A program made the translations under genes and the position numbers. DNA of 64,000 nt, from NCBI GenBank assembly GCA_017610205.1, contig JAFCCL010000001.1:157199-221198 (forward strand), given 5' to 3'. Numbering within the stretch: the first letter of the stretch is position 1; each line of letters starts with the position of its first letter. The stretch comes from Candidatus Iainarchaeum sp. GTDB taxonomy: Archaea; Iainarchaeota; Iainarchaeia; Iainarchaeales; GCA-2688035. The notes beneath the pieces are model-generated. The model had not been told where the DNA came from and ran no database searches. It saw nothing but the letters and a program-made list of their open reading frames with translations. Shown here in pieces: positions 1 through 10,300 of the stretch.

Positions 1-947
1 TCAACAGTTGTTTTATTGCGTTCAAACAACCGGTTTTTGTTCTCCAGTCTTTCCGCAGCCAGTGCCTTTCCTGTTCTGGCCTCTTCAAGCTGTGCTCCAA
101 CTGTTGCATAGGTTTCTTTTCTTTGAGAAAGAATAAGCTTGTTTAATCTTTCTGATTCGTCTTTTAGTTTTTTCTTTTCTAAAGAATCTTTATCTGTTTT
201 GGATTCAAGCTCTTTTTTTTCAGCCTCAAGCACTTCAAGTTTTTCAGAACACTCTTTTTCACTTTTTTCAAGCTTTTCAATTTCTGAAAAAATAATTGTT
301 GCCTTTATTTTTCTGTTTTCGTCCTGCAAGCTTTCAAATTCTGCAGCAGAATCCTTGTCTTTTCTCATTTGTTCAAGATAATTTTCTCTCTCCTGCAAAA
401 CAATGCCTGCATCCCTTAGCTTGTTGTCAACTTTTTGCAATTCCTTCAAAGCCTCGTCCTTTTTTGCATCAAATTCCTGAAGCCCTGCAAGCTCGTCAAT
501 TATTTGCCTTCTTTCAATTGGGCTCATTTCAATAACTCTTGTGGTATCGCCCTGTACAACAATGTTGTGCCCATCTGGCTTTATGCCAAGTTCAAGGAGC
601 AATGATACAATTTCGTTTCTTGTCTTTCTTTTGCCGTCGAGTCTGAAAACACTTTTGCCCTTTTTGTCAATCATTCTTTGCACAAGGTATGTTTTGTCAC
701 CTTCCTTAATGGACAATTCTACTTTGGCGTAGTTTTCAACAGCATTATTGTTTACAAGCTCGTCAATTCTGCTTACCCTGAGCATTTTCATGCTTGAAGT
801 GCCAAGTACAAAAAGCAATGCGTCCAAAATATTTGTTTTGCCTGAACCATTGCTTCCAACAATTGCAGTAAAACCATTGCTTAACGGAATGTCAGCCTTC
901 TTAAAAGACTTAAAATTTCTTAAAACAAGCTTTTGCAATTTAACCAT
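1..947 (-). CDS. smc: SMC chromosome-segregation ATPase, N-terminal part (gene runs off the left window edge)
   Basis: Absent from the ORF track because it is open-ended. My minus-strand translation from ATG 947 reads MVKLQKLVLRNFKSFKKADIPLSNGFTAIVGSNGSGKTNILDALLFVLG (Walker A), then VVQGDTTRVIEMSPIERRQIIDELAG, then coiled coil. The S/F-rich + strand ORFs here are its antisense shadows. Confidence 0.85.
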   Translation of the reverse strand, partial: MVKLQKLVLRNFKSFKKADIPLSNGFTAIVGSNGSGKTNILDALLFVLGTSSMKMLRVSRIDELVNNNAVENYAKVELSIKEGDKTYLVQRMIDKKGKSVFRLDGKRKTRNEIVSLLLELGIKPDGHNIVVQGDTTRVIEMSPIERRQIIDELAGLQEFDAKKDEALKELQKVDNKLRDAGIVLQERENYLEQMRKDKDSAAEFESLQDENRKIKATIIFSEIEKLEKSEKECSEKLEVLEAEKKELESKTDKDSLEKKKLKDESERLNKLILSQRKETYATVGAQLEEARTGKALAAERLENKNRLFERNKTTV

Positions 948-1011
948 AAAAAATCCCCTTTAAGCAAAAAAGGTTTGTTATATAAAAAAAGGTGAATTAC
1001 TTTAAATTCTT

Positions 1012-1803
1012 TTACTTGGATTTTTTGCCATAATAAACTGCAAGAGCAAGCCCTGAAAAGGCCAAAAACAGTGCCCAAAACAATGCAAAAACAATCGCTG
1101 ACTCAATTTCCCCCTCAAAAAAGTCCGAGGCCATACTTCCAACACTCATAAGAATTCCGTAAATTGCAGTAACAATAATTACAAAAAGCAACACTTGCCA
1201 AAATCTGCTCTGGGAAAACATCCATGATTTCTCCAAAGCCTTTCTTACATTGCTTTTATCAAAAGCAAGCGCCTGCAAAACAAAAACAAATTTTACCGCA
1301 ACATAAAAGCCAGCAAGTACAAACAATACAAACAACACAAGTCCAGCCAGCTCAAAAAGCAATGTTACTATTAGTGAAAACCAAAGCAGAATTGCAAGCA
1401 AAAACCCAAAAATTGTTATAAAAACCGCAAAAGAAATAATTTGTCCAATTGCACGAAGTGTTTCACTGCAAGCCATTCCAATGCCTGCCTTTCCCTTAAC
1501 TTCAAGCCTTTCATAGGCAGCATACCAATAATTTAAAGCCGCAAAAAGAATTCCTGAAAGCACAACAAAAACAAGCACTGCTGCTATTTGCAAACCATAC
1601 AATCCAATCAACTGAAAAGGCAATACATTAAGTGCTGTATCCGGAACATTTTCTAAAATCATTATTTCTACTACAAGTTCTATCAAAAAAGGCGAAAAAA
1701 TGTAGGCTAGAATAAAAAAGATTGCAATTGATGCCAAAGCAGGCAGCAAAACCAAGGGATTTTTTACAAGCCTTTTTGCAGTATTCAAAAGTGCGTTAAT
1801 CAA
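1012..1803 (-). CDS. polytopic membrane protein, family not recognised
   Basis: 263-aa ORF with multiple long hydrophobic segments (LLPALASIAIFFILAYIF, LLAILLWFSLIVTLLFELAGLVLFVLFVLAGFYV). No catalytic motif seen. Confidence 0.6.
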   Translation of the reverse strand: MINALLNTAKRLVKNPLVLLPALASIAIFFILAYIFSPFLIELVVEIMILENVPDTALNVLPFQLIGLYGLQIAAVLVFVVLSGILFAALNYWYAAYERLEVKGKAGIGMACSETLRAIGQIISFAVFITIFGFLLAILLWFSLIVTLLFELAGLVLFVLFVLAGFYVAVKFVFVLQALAFDKSNVRKALEKSWMFSQSRFWQVLLFVIIVTAIYGILMSVGSMASDFFEGEIESAIVFALFWALFLAFSGLALAVYYGKKSK

Positions 1804-1980
1804 TTTAATTCACTGTTCTCCAATTATATCCACTATTATTATCTTCTTCTTATTTTTAATGCTTTTCTTTGACAATTTATGCCCTAGAGTAAGACATTTA
1901 AAGCTTGCTAAGCACAATTAATTCACTGGAGAAGACCTATTTTTCCTGCTTTTAAGAAGCTAAAATTAGGTGTTTTTTTT

Positions 1981-2037
1981 GAATTAAAAAGTGTTATTTG
2001 AATTAAAAAGTGTTATTTGAATTAAAAAGTGTTATTT
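1981..2037 (+). repeat. perfect 3 x 19-bp tandem repeat (gaattaaaaagtgttattt) ending 2 nt before the rpl44e ATG; likely reiterated promoter/TATA-like element
   Basis: Units at 1981-1999, 2000-2018 and 2019-2037 are identical. A partial copy (gtgttttttt) precedes them. Each unit contains an A/T box, ttaaaaa. Confidence 0.9.
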
Positions 2038-2039
2038 TT

Positions 2040-2327
2040 ATGAATGTTCCAAAGGTAACCAAGGATTACTGCAAGAAGTGCAACAAGCACACAGAGCACA
2101 AGCTAAAACTCTTTAAAGCAGGTTCATCCAGGGGTTTGGCTGAAGGAAACAGGAAAAACATTGAAAAAAAGAAGGGTTACAAGGGAAAATACCAGTTTCC
2201 AGCAACAATAAAAAAGCAAAACAAAAAGCCAACCTTTGTTGCAGAATGCGAAGTTTGCAAGGCAAAACACTACTACGTTATTCCAAAGAGAATGAAGAAA
2301 GTAGAGCTTGTGGCAAAAGCAGCTTAA
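2040..2327 (+). CDS. rpl44e: 50S ribosomal protein L44e (eL42)
   Basis: MNVPKVTKDYCKKCNKHTEHKL...FVAECEVCKAKHYYV has the CxxC...CxxC zinc ribbon, size and basic composition of archaeal/eukaryotic L44e. The track start (TTG 2010) lies inside the tandem repeat, so I trimmed to ATG 2040. Confidence 0.85.
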   Translation: MNVPKVTKDYCKKCNKHTEHKLKLFKAGSSRGLAEGNRKNIEKKKGYKGKYQFPATIKKQNKKPTFVAECEVCKAKHYYVIPKRMKKVELVAKAA

Positions 2328-2368
2328 TTTTTCCAAATTCTATTTTATTTTCTAAATTCTTTTTGTTT

Positions 2369-2629
2369 TCAAAATTTTTTTATTAACTTTTCTTTGTAAA
2401 TTTTAACTAATTGGTCTAAAGATTTAGCTTCTCTTTCCAAATCAAGTATTTTTATTTGAGTTTGGGTTATTGGAATTCCAGCAACTTTTAGCAGGACATA
2501 GCTCATTGCATCAGGTCTCTTTTTCTCAGAAACCCAAATTATTTTCCCACCTAACATTTCTCCAACTATTATTTCAGCAAATCCTCTTCTTTTTTTTTCA
2601 TTCAGTTTACTAAACGCTTCCATTTCCAA
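2369..2629 (-). CDS. hypothetical protein
   Basis: 86-aa ORF with a TTG or ATG (2623) start. No recognisable motif. Confidence 0.35.
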   Translation of the reverse strand: MEMEAFSKLNEKKRRGFAEIIVGEMLGGKIIWVSEKKRPDAMSYVLLKVAGIPITQTQIKILDLEREAKSLDQLVKIYKEKLIKKF

Positions 2630-2818
2630 TTCATTTAACTCTAGCCATTTTTCGCGACGGTTTTGAATTTCTTTAGCAACTAGCTTTTCCCGTCGCTTTT
2701 TTGCAAATTTTGTACTAAATTTGCTTTCAATAATAGAACAAACAGTTCTAATTTTTCTAAATCACATAAATTATTTTTGGTTATATCTTTTTAAAAACAA
2801 ACCTGCTATTTTGTTAAC

Positions 2819-3643
2819 ATGACTGCCCGAAACAGTATTTTGTTAATAATAAAGCAGCAGCCTGGAATTGAATACAATTCTCTTTTGAACAAAATTGTAG
2901 GAAGCTATGGCAGCATTGAGTCTGCAAGAGCTGCCTTAAGCAGAAGCATTCGTTACCTTTCGGCCCTTGGTCTTGTTGCAAGGCGTGGCAACAAGCTTTT
3001 TGCCACCGGAAAAGGAATGGCTCTTTTGAGTAATGAAATGCAAAACAAGCTTCTTTTGAAACTAAATGATTTAATAGGAAAAAAGGATGCCTCAATTCGT
3101 TTTGAAACAGTTGTTGAATTGCTTCAAACACTTATTGAAAGAAGCAAGCAAGACAAGGACCTTTTGCTTGCGGCAAAGGGAAGCGTTGACTTTTACATTT
3201 CAAACCTTGCTTTTTTGGAAAAAGACGTTGAGAAAAGAATCCACCGCATGCAATACCTGCACAAGATTTTTAAACAACAGGTTTCTTCCCTAAAAGAACT
3301 GGGCTTTTCTGACTTCAGGGAACTGGTTTGGAATCCTGCTTCAAAAAAAACCCTTAAAGCAATTGCAAAAAAATCAAAAGCCAGGGCTTTTACTGTTGAA
3401 TGCCTGGACAACGGGTTTAGAAAAAAGGCAGCAGAACATTTTTCGGCAAAGGGAAGACAAAACGATTTGTTTCTTGAAGCAAAACAGTTTGGTTCTTTTC
3501 TGAACTTTGTTGAAAACAATTCAAAAATTGAAAGAAACACAGTAAACCTTTTTCTCGGAGGCATTAAAATTAAAATAGATTTCCCACACATTTTTGTAAC
3601 AGCTCCCTGCAAGCAACTGCAGGAACTGCTTGAAGAAAAATAA
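2819..3643 (+). CDS. hypothetical protein with N-terminal winged-helix-like DNA-binding region
   Basis: N-terminus ILLIIKQQPGIEYNSLLNKIVGSYGSIESARAALSRSIRYLSALGLVARRG resembles MarR/ArsR-type wHTH. The rest is helical and unassigned. Confidence 0.5.
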   Translation: MTARNSILLIIKQQPGIEYNSLLNKIVGSYGSIESARAALSRSIRYLSALGLVARRGNKLFATGKGMALLSNEMQNKLLLKLNDLIGKKDASIRFETVVELLQTLIERSKQDKDLLLAAKGSVDFYISNLAFLEKDVEKRIHRMQYLHKIFKQQVSSLKELGFSDFRELVWNPASKKTLKAIAKKSKARAFTVECLDNGFRKKAAEHFSAKGRQNDLFLEAKQFGSFLNFVENNSKIERNTVNLFLGGIKIKIDFPHIFVTAPCKQLQELLEEK

Positions 3644-3646
3644 AAC

Positions 3647-3718
3647 GCGTCCGTGGTCTAGTGGTTAGGATTCAAGCTTCCCAAGCTTGCTACCCGGGTT
3701 CGAGTCCCGGCGGACGCA
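3647..3718 (+). tRNA. tRNA-Gly(CCC)
   Basis: Acceptor GCGTCCG/CGGACGC. Anticodon stem CAAGC/GCTTG with loop TTCCCAA. T arm CCGGG-TTCGAGT-CCCGG. 72 nt, no encoded CCA. Confidence 0.9.
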
Positions 3719-3729
3719 ATTATTTTTTT

Positions 3730-4980
3730 TTAAACTATTTTTAATCTATTTGTTTTTGGTTGCTGTTTTCTTTTTCTCCTTATTCCACTTCTGATTACTT
3801 TGGCATATTCCCTTGCTCTTTTCTTTAATGTTATTCCTTTTGCTGTTTCCAATGCGCCTTGGTAAAGTTTTGTTCTTACACTTTTTCCTGACATCAAAGC
3901 CATCCTGTTAGCTAACTGAGAAATATTTCCTGGTTCCACAAGAAGTCCATTTCTGCCATTTTTAACGATTTCTGGTATTCCGCCAACATTGCTTGCAATT
4001 ACCGGTTTCCCGCAGGCAAAAGATTCAAGAATGACAAGAGGCATTCCTTCTCTTTGTGAAGGGAGAAGCAGTGCATTGGAAGCATTCAAGTATAAGTTTA
4101 CCTGCTTTTGGCTTACCATGCCTGTAAAAGTAAACTTTTTGGCAATACCCAGCTCTTTTAGCCTGTTAATCATAACAGGCTTTAGTGGACCGTTTCCAAC
4201 TATTAAAAAGTGAAGATTTGGTGCTTTTTGTAAGGCTATTGCAGCGGCTTCAACTATATCCATTGGTCTTTTTATAGGCCTTAAGGTTGAAACATGAGTA
4301 AGCAGAACTGCTTCTTTTGGTATGCCCAGCTTGACTTTTGTCCTTACTCTGCGGGAAAGGGAACCTGGCTTAAAAGTGGACATATCTATGGCATTTGGAA
4401 TCACAGTTACTCCGTTAACTCCCATTTTTTGAAGGGTATTCTTTAAATAATTGGATACTGATATCTTTGCATCAGGATTATGGTATGATCTGATAATTGT
4501 TTTTTTTACAGTTGCAAATTCAGATGTGGTAAGGTTGTGAACATCACTTCCATGAAATACTGAGACTAAAGCAATGTTATTTTTTTTTGCAAGATTTTGC
4601 ACAAAAGAAAGGTAAGGAACATTAAAATTCACCATTATTGCATCTGGCTTGCTTTTTTTGAGTTCCTTTGATATAGCATCAGTAAAAGGCTTTCTTGCTA
4701 TGCCTCCGCCAAGACCAACAATCTGCCTCAATGGCTTTGCAAGCTTGTAGGTTTCAAGGTTTGGAACACTTAACATCCTTTTTACCGGAATTTGAATAAC
4801 CTTCAAATTCTTTGGCTCTCTCAAAGTTTTTCCAGGAACGGCTTCCGTAAAAATAGTTATTTTGTGACCAAGCCTTGCCAGTTGTTTTGCAATATTCCAG
4901 CCGGCTTGTTGACCTCCGCCAAATCTTGGTGGATAAGCGCCAACCGCAAATATATTCATATTTCTTAAACTTTTTGACAT
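3730..4980 (-). CDS. glycosyltransferase, GT-B fold, group 1 (GT4-like)
   Basis: N-terminus NIFAVGAYPPRFGGGQ. C-terminal LLLPSQREGMPLVILESFACGKPVIASNVGGIPEIV is the E-x7-E signature region of group-1 glycosyltransferases. The start could be ATG 4959 instead. Confidence 0.85.
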   Translation of the reverse strand: MSKSLRNMNIFAVGAYPPRFGGGQQAGWNIAKQLARLGHKITIFTEAVPGKTLREPKNLKVIQIPVKRMLSVPNLETYKLAKPLRQIVGLGGGIARKPFTDAISKELKKSKPDAIMVNFNVPYLSFVQNLAKKNNIALVSVFHGSDVHNLTTSEFATVKKTIIRSYHNPDAKISVSNYLKNTLQKMGVNGVTVIPNAIDMSTFKPGSLSRRVRTKVKLGIPKEAVLLTHVSTLRPIKRPMDIVEAAAIALQKAPNLHFLIVGNGPLKPVMINRLKELGIAKKFTFTGMVSQKQVNLYLNASNALLLPSQREGMPLVILESFACGKPVIASNVGGIPEIVKNGRNGLLVEPGNISQLANRMALMSGKSVRTKLYQGALETAKGITLKKRAREYAKVIRSGIRRKRKQQPKTNRLKIV

Positions 4981-5022
4981 TAGCCAAATTAGGTTTAAAG
5001 AAGAATTTAAACCTTGCTGTTT

Positions 5023-5472
5023 TTAAACTTCTTCAATTTCAACCATTTCTTTTTTTATTGCAAGTTCTTTTTCAAGCCTTTTTTGGAGGGCTTGGTTGAA
5101 TGTTGTGGTTCCTGCAATTATGAAAAAGAATTCTTGTTCGTTGTCCAGGTGTCTTTTAATCATTTTTCTGTCAACAAAGCCTGATTCACCCTGCCACTTT
5201 TCCTTTTCCTCTTGGTTAAGGTTTGTGAGCACGTGCACTATTTGCAGTTTTGGATTTTGCTCTGCAAGCAATTCAAGTTCTTCCTTGAACAGAATTTTTT
5301 CCTGGTTTTTGCAGCAGTAAAAAACAATTATTTCAAGCTCTTTTAGCTTTTTTTCCTTTGCAAGTTCTTCCAAAAGGCTTTTGACTTGTTCAATTGCCTT
5401 GCTTTTTACAAGGAATGCAATTTTGTCGCTTTTCCTTTTGTCAAATTTCTTGCCTAAATTTGTTTCGAACAT
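5023..5472 (-). CDS. stand-alone ferredoxin-reductase-type NAD(P)-binding domain protein (no FAD/FMN-binding half)
   Basis: IAFLVKS...LEIIVFYCCKNQEKILFKEELELLAEQNPKLQIVHVLTN...FFFIIAGTTTFNQAL resembles the C-terminal NAD-binding module of the FNR family. Trimmed to ATG 5472 to avoid overlap with the divergent gene. Confidence 0.5.
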   Translation of the reverse strand: MFETNLGKKFDKRKSDKIAFLVKSKAIEQVKSLLEELAKEKKLKELEIIVFYCCKNQEKILFKEELELLAEQNPKLQIVHVLTNLNQEEKEKWQGESGFVDRKMIKRHLDNEQEFFFIIAGTTTFNQALQKRLEKELAIKKEMVEIEEV

Positions 5473-5552
5473 TGATAAAATAATGAAGCAAACCCTATTT
5501 ATTAAGGTTTTTCCCCTCTTTTTTTGAAAGAACGTACACGGAGTTTTTTTCA

Positions 5553-7256
5553 ATGGCTAAAATTAAGGCTGTTTTTTTTGATTTGGATGACACATTGTTT
5601 GACTGCAGCGGTTCGCTTATTGACAATGCAAGAAAAAGAGCTGCTAAGGCAATGGTTAAAGCAGGATTGCCTTGTTCTTCAAAAAAGGCTTACAGCCTGC
5701 AGGTTGAGCTTTTTAAACAGCTTGGTCCAATGGAAAACATTTTTGACAGAATGTGCAACCTGTTTAATTGTCCAAAGGATGAAAGGCGAAAGTTTGTAAA
5801 AGCCGGCTTTAAAGCCTACAACAGTGACGACGTTGAAAAAATAAAGCCCTTTCCTGATGCAATTCCCACTTTGAAAAAACTTAGAAAAAAGGGCTTAAAG
5901 CTTGTTTTGATTACAAGCGGAATTTATGAAAGACAGTCAAAAAAAATAAAGATTCTTGGCTTGAAAAAAATGTTTGACTTGATTTTAATACACGATTTTG
6001 AAAAGGATGTTAGCAAGTTTAAGAAATTTGAAAAAGCTATGAAGGAACTTAACCTTAGTTCAAGAAAAGTTATTGCTGTTGGTGATAAGGTTTCAAGTGA
6101 GATAAGAATGGCAAACAGGCTTGGAATGATTAGTGTAAGAGTTTTAAGGGGTCGTTTTAGTAAAATTAAGCCAAGGAACGAATTGGAGGAACCTGATTAC
6201 TCAATTAAAAATATTGAATTGCTGCTTCCCTTGCTTAAAAAAGTTGAAAAAAGGCTTCCGAAAGAAAACGGGCTTAAGGTTGTTGCAATAGGTGGTGGAA
6301 CTGGCTTGCCAAGCGTTCTTGAAGGACTTAAACAGTATACTAGGAATATCACTGCAATTGTTACAGTAACTGATTCAGGACGAAGCACTGGTGAGCTAAG
6401 GAAAGAATTTGGAATTCCTGCACCTGGTGATTTAAGAAACTGTCTTGTTGCATTAAGCGAATCAGAAAAACTAATGCTTGATTTGTTCAATTACCGGTTT
6501 GAAGGGCATTTGCTTAAAGATATGAGCTTTGGCAATCTTTTAATAGTTGCTTTGGCAAAAAGCACTGGAAGTTTTATGAAGGGGATTAGAGCTGCAAGCA
6601 AAATTCTTGCAATTAAAGGAAAGGTACTGCCTTCAACAGCTCAAAGCGTGCATGTTTGCACAGAACTAACCAATGGAACGCTTTTTACAAACGAAGACGC
6701 TCTTATCCAGCGTGATGTTTTGCCTGAAAAGATTGCCAAAAGACCTCCAATTAAAAGGGTTTTTTTAAAACCTGAGGCAAAAATTTTGCCAGAGGCAAAA
6801 AAGGCAATTTTGGAAGCCGACTTGATTGTTTTGGGACCAGGAAGCCTTTACACAAGTATTGTAACAAATTTGCTGGTTAATGGAATGAAGGAAACAATCA
6901 AAAAAAGCAGTGGGAAAAAGGTTTACATTGCAAATGTCATGACTCAGGTAAATCAAACTCATGGTTTTACTCTTTCAAAACACGTGGAAGAAATTGAAAA
7001 ATATTTGGGCAAAAGAGTTTTAGACTTTGTTGTCTTTAATAGCAAAAAGCCTTCTAAGAAAATTCTTGAAAAATATTTTGCAGAACAAAGTTTTTTTGTA
7101 AAAAATGATGTTAGTTTAAATACAAAAAAGCCAAGGGCAGTTGGGGCTGATATTCTTGAAAAGCCTGTTTTTTCAAATAAGAATTTAACCAAACAGCAGC
7201 TGTTAAGGCATGATTCGAAAAAGCTTGGCGCGGTTTTAATACGGCTTATAACCTAG
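5553..7256 (+). CDS. fusion protein: N-terminal HAD-superfamily hydrolase + C-terminal YvcK/CofD (UPF0052, 2-phospho-L-lactate-transferase-like) domain
   Basis: HAD motif I FFDLDDTLFD, motif II LITSG, motif IV AVGDKVSSEI. Then VVAIGGGTGLPSVLEGLKQYTRNITAIVTVTDSGRSTGELRKEFGIPAPGDLRNCLVAL and LGPGSLYTSI, typical of the YvcK/CofD family. Confidence 0.8.
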   Translation: MAKIKAVFFDLDDTLFDCSGSLIDNARKRAAKAMVKAGLPCSSKKAYSLQVELFKQLGPMENIFDRMCNLFNCPKDERRKFVKAGFKAYNSDDVEKIKPFPDAIPTLKKLRKKGLKLVLITSGIYERQSKKIKILGLKKMFDLILIHDFEKDVSKFKKFEKAMKELNLSSRKVIAVGDKVSSEIRMANRLGMISVRVLRGRFSKIKPRNELEEPDYSIKNIELLLPLLKKVEKRLPKENGLKVVAIGGGTGLPSVLEGLKQYTRNITAIVTVTDSGRSTGELRKEFGIPAPGDLRNCLVALSESEKLMLDLFNYRFEGHLLKDMSFGNLLIVALAKSTGSFMKGIRAASKILAIKGKVLPSTAQSVHVCTELTNGTLFTNEDALIQRDVLPEKIAKRPPIKRVFLKPEAKILPEAKKAILEADLIVLGPGSLYTSIVTNLLVNGMKETIKKSSGKKVYIANVMTQVNQTHGFTLSKHVEEIEKYLGKRVLDFVVFNSKKPSKKILEKYFAEQSFFVKNDVSLNTKKPRAVGADILEKPVFSNKNLTKQQLLRHDSKKLGAVLIRLIT

Positions 7257-7311
7257 TTGGGTTAAAAGAAAGGCATTGGTGTTTGTTTCATAACTAGTTG
7301 AAAGAAAGGCT

Positions 7312-10300
7312 TTAGTGCTTGTTTCCTAATTTTATTAAATTTCCTGTTACTCCTTCAATAAAAATCTTTCTTACACTGCCGTTCTTTTTTCTCAAAAATG
7401 TTTCGTAAACAGGAAGATAAACAAGATCCATTTTTTTAACAACAATATTTTCCCAAAGCTTTTGCATAATCTTTCCAAGTTTTTCCCTGTTAATTCCTTC
7501 CCTCATAAGACTCATAGCCTCAATGTTTAAAACAGGAATTTGTTCCAAAGATGAAAGCATTGGATGTGTTGGAGCAGGCGGAAGTTCAAGGGCTCTTGCA
7601 AGACTATAAAAGTCTGTTCCGTTTATTTTTTCTTTTAATACAAAACCCTTTTCTTCAAGGCTTTGCAGAATTCTTTTTACAAGCGAATTGCTTTCACCAA
7701 GCCCTTCAACAATTGCTGCAAATTCTTTTTTTCTGTCAAGCAACATCAAAAGCTTTAATTCATTTTTGCTTAAATTTTCAATCAATGCAAGACCATTGCT
7801 TTCAATAAACCCATTTTTTTTCCCGCTGAAATGAATAAATTCTCCGGTAATGCTGTTGACAAAGGCAACCAATTTCCTAAAAGTCTTTTTTGTATCAAAT
7901 GCATTGTATTCAACCCTGTAAATTGGCATATACCGCAACTGCATGTTTTCAATAGCTTCCTCGCTTCCAAAAATTCCCAAAAGCCGTTTTTTCCTTACCT
8001 TGTTGAACATTTGCATTGCTTTCTCTTCATTAACTGAAGCAGGAAAGGCAAGCAATTCAATGCTTTCCTCAGGAAAAACAGCTTTGGCTTCTTTTTCAAC
8101 CTCTTTTTCTGCTTCGCCAACAAGTTCTTCCGCAAGGGCTTCATCCTGTAATTCTCCAGGAATGCTTACAGTGCTGTTTTCATCATCCATTACTGCCCCT
8201 ATTTCCTCAAGCTTTTCAAGAACTTTTCCAAGTTCAACGCCTGATTTGTATTTTGCATTCAGGGTTTCAACAACCTGATTAATTGTAGAAGTTGGCAGGC
8301 TTCCAACCTGGTCAAGCTTGCTTTTTGACATTTCAACCGCCAGCAATAAAACTTTTTCGTCGTCAAGCTTTAAATTTCTTTCAACTGTTTCAGCTTCCCG
8401 TCCCTCATGCTGTGACATTCTGGGCCTTATTCTTAGTACAAATGCTCTGGTTGTTTCTTCCCTTCGGTCTCCTGTTAGGGCAATTCCCACAGGCAGTGTT
8501 TTGATAAAATTGCTTTTTTTGTACTGTTTTGGAACCATTGTCGGAACCCTTTTGTAAAATGCTTTGACGTCATCATCAAAAACAAGCTTGTGTGATATTA
8601 CTATATCAAGCTGGCTCAGAACCTTTGTATTAATTGCACTTGGTTGCTGTGTTGCAAAAACAAGAGAACATCCTGGCCGCCTTCCCTGTTTTACATACTC
8701 AATAAGGGAATTGCTTGCAGGCGTCATCACATTTCCGCTTGGAATAAGGGTGTGGGCTTCATCAATAAAAAGCCAGGTTGGAGGAACTCCAAATTCAAGC
8801 AAGTTGTCAACATTTTTCTCTTTTCCAAATCGTCCGGCACTCTCTCTTCTTGTGCTAACCTTTCTTGCAGCCAAAATCCTTCTTGCAAGAATTCCAATAA
8901 CCAATGCTGAAACATTGTCTTCAAGGAAAGAGGTGTCAATTACTGTCATTTGTCCTTCCCTGCTTAGTTCCACAAGAGGCGTTCCAAGGCTGTTAAAAAC
9001 ACCCCAGTTTTTTGCAGCATCAAACCTGCTTACAAGCGCTCTGATGCTGTCAGGCTTGTAGCCTCTTTCACCACTATTGATCTCTTCGTCTGTTTGCAGG
9101 CATCTAATAAAGTCTTCTAATGAAAACAAATCTTTTTTTGCCCTGATTTTTTTGCCGTCCTTGTTTGTATATCCTTTTTTGACCTTTTCAAGACCTTTTT
9201 CCATCAACAAACCGCTTGGACTAAATCTTTCAATTCCAAAAGTAAGACACCAATCCTCTGTTGTCAAAAGAGAAGGAGGCATGCTAAAGGTTGCGTCATA
9301 AGTTGATTTTGGAACCTGGTCTGCAACCCCTTCAGGAATAAACACTCTTAAATTTTCAAGACCCTGCGGCAACAAATCCCATTTTGCAAGCGACTCAAGT
9401 TCCCTTGTTTCCCTGTTTGGATATCGCATTCCCCAAAAAACACCAACCGGGTCAACCACAATTACTCCTACGTTTTTGTTTTTTACTGCAAGCTCTTCTG
9501 CAATTACTCCAAGGACATAGCTGTTGTGTACAATTATATCATTTGCAACAAAGTTGTGCACATTCGGTATTTCAATATCATAAACATCTGTTTCGCCTAT
9601 TATTTCTTCCACTAAAGTTATTTCGTCCCAGAAAATTTCTGATTGTGCAAGCATTTGGATGCCCTTGTTTTCATCTACTAATGCAATTTTAAGTAGTTTT
9701 TCTCTTGAGGGAGCATAGCTTATACTGCTGTGAACCCAGTTTGACTTATACTCTAAAGCTCTCGATGTCGCTTTAGCATTTTTTGGCCTATAGCAGTCCC
9801 AAACTTCTTTTGGGATTGTGTCAATGTTTGGATTTCTATTCACGCTAAAAGCTTCCTCAATCGCTTTCTCTTGCCTTAGCTCTTTTGTTCCAAAAAAGCC
9901 AATTTCTGAAATAAATTTGATTACATTTTCCCCATATAACACAACTTCGAATGTATCAAATTTCTTGCCTCTGCATTTTACTTTTTTTTCTCTCATTCTA
10001 GACATTATCCCAAATCTTAAAAGTAAATGCTGGACTTGTTTTGCCAGTTTTTTGGAAGACGAAGCATAGCAAGCTCCCCATGTTTTGCCTTTACTAATCC
10101 TATAAATGCTTCCATCACAGCTGAACATTCTGTTCAAAAACAATGCAATCTGATGCTTTTCCAGCTGCAGTACTTCTTTTGGAATAAACTTTTCTTTTGA
10201 TAACTTATTGTAGAGTCCAAGCGATTCAACAAACTGCATCAGACTGCTTTTTTGTGCAACAACAAAACCCCTGTTTGTAAACTGTCCTTTTTCATTTCTT

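Noticed and set aside
139-963. Four + strand ORFs (80, 79, 63 and 71 aa) rich in S/F/L
   Set aside because: They are antisense shadows of the smc gene. The minus-strand translation gives an unbroken SMC head and coiled coil with a Walker A motif.
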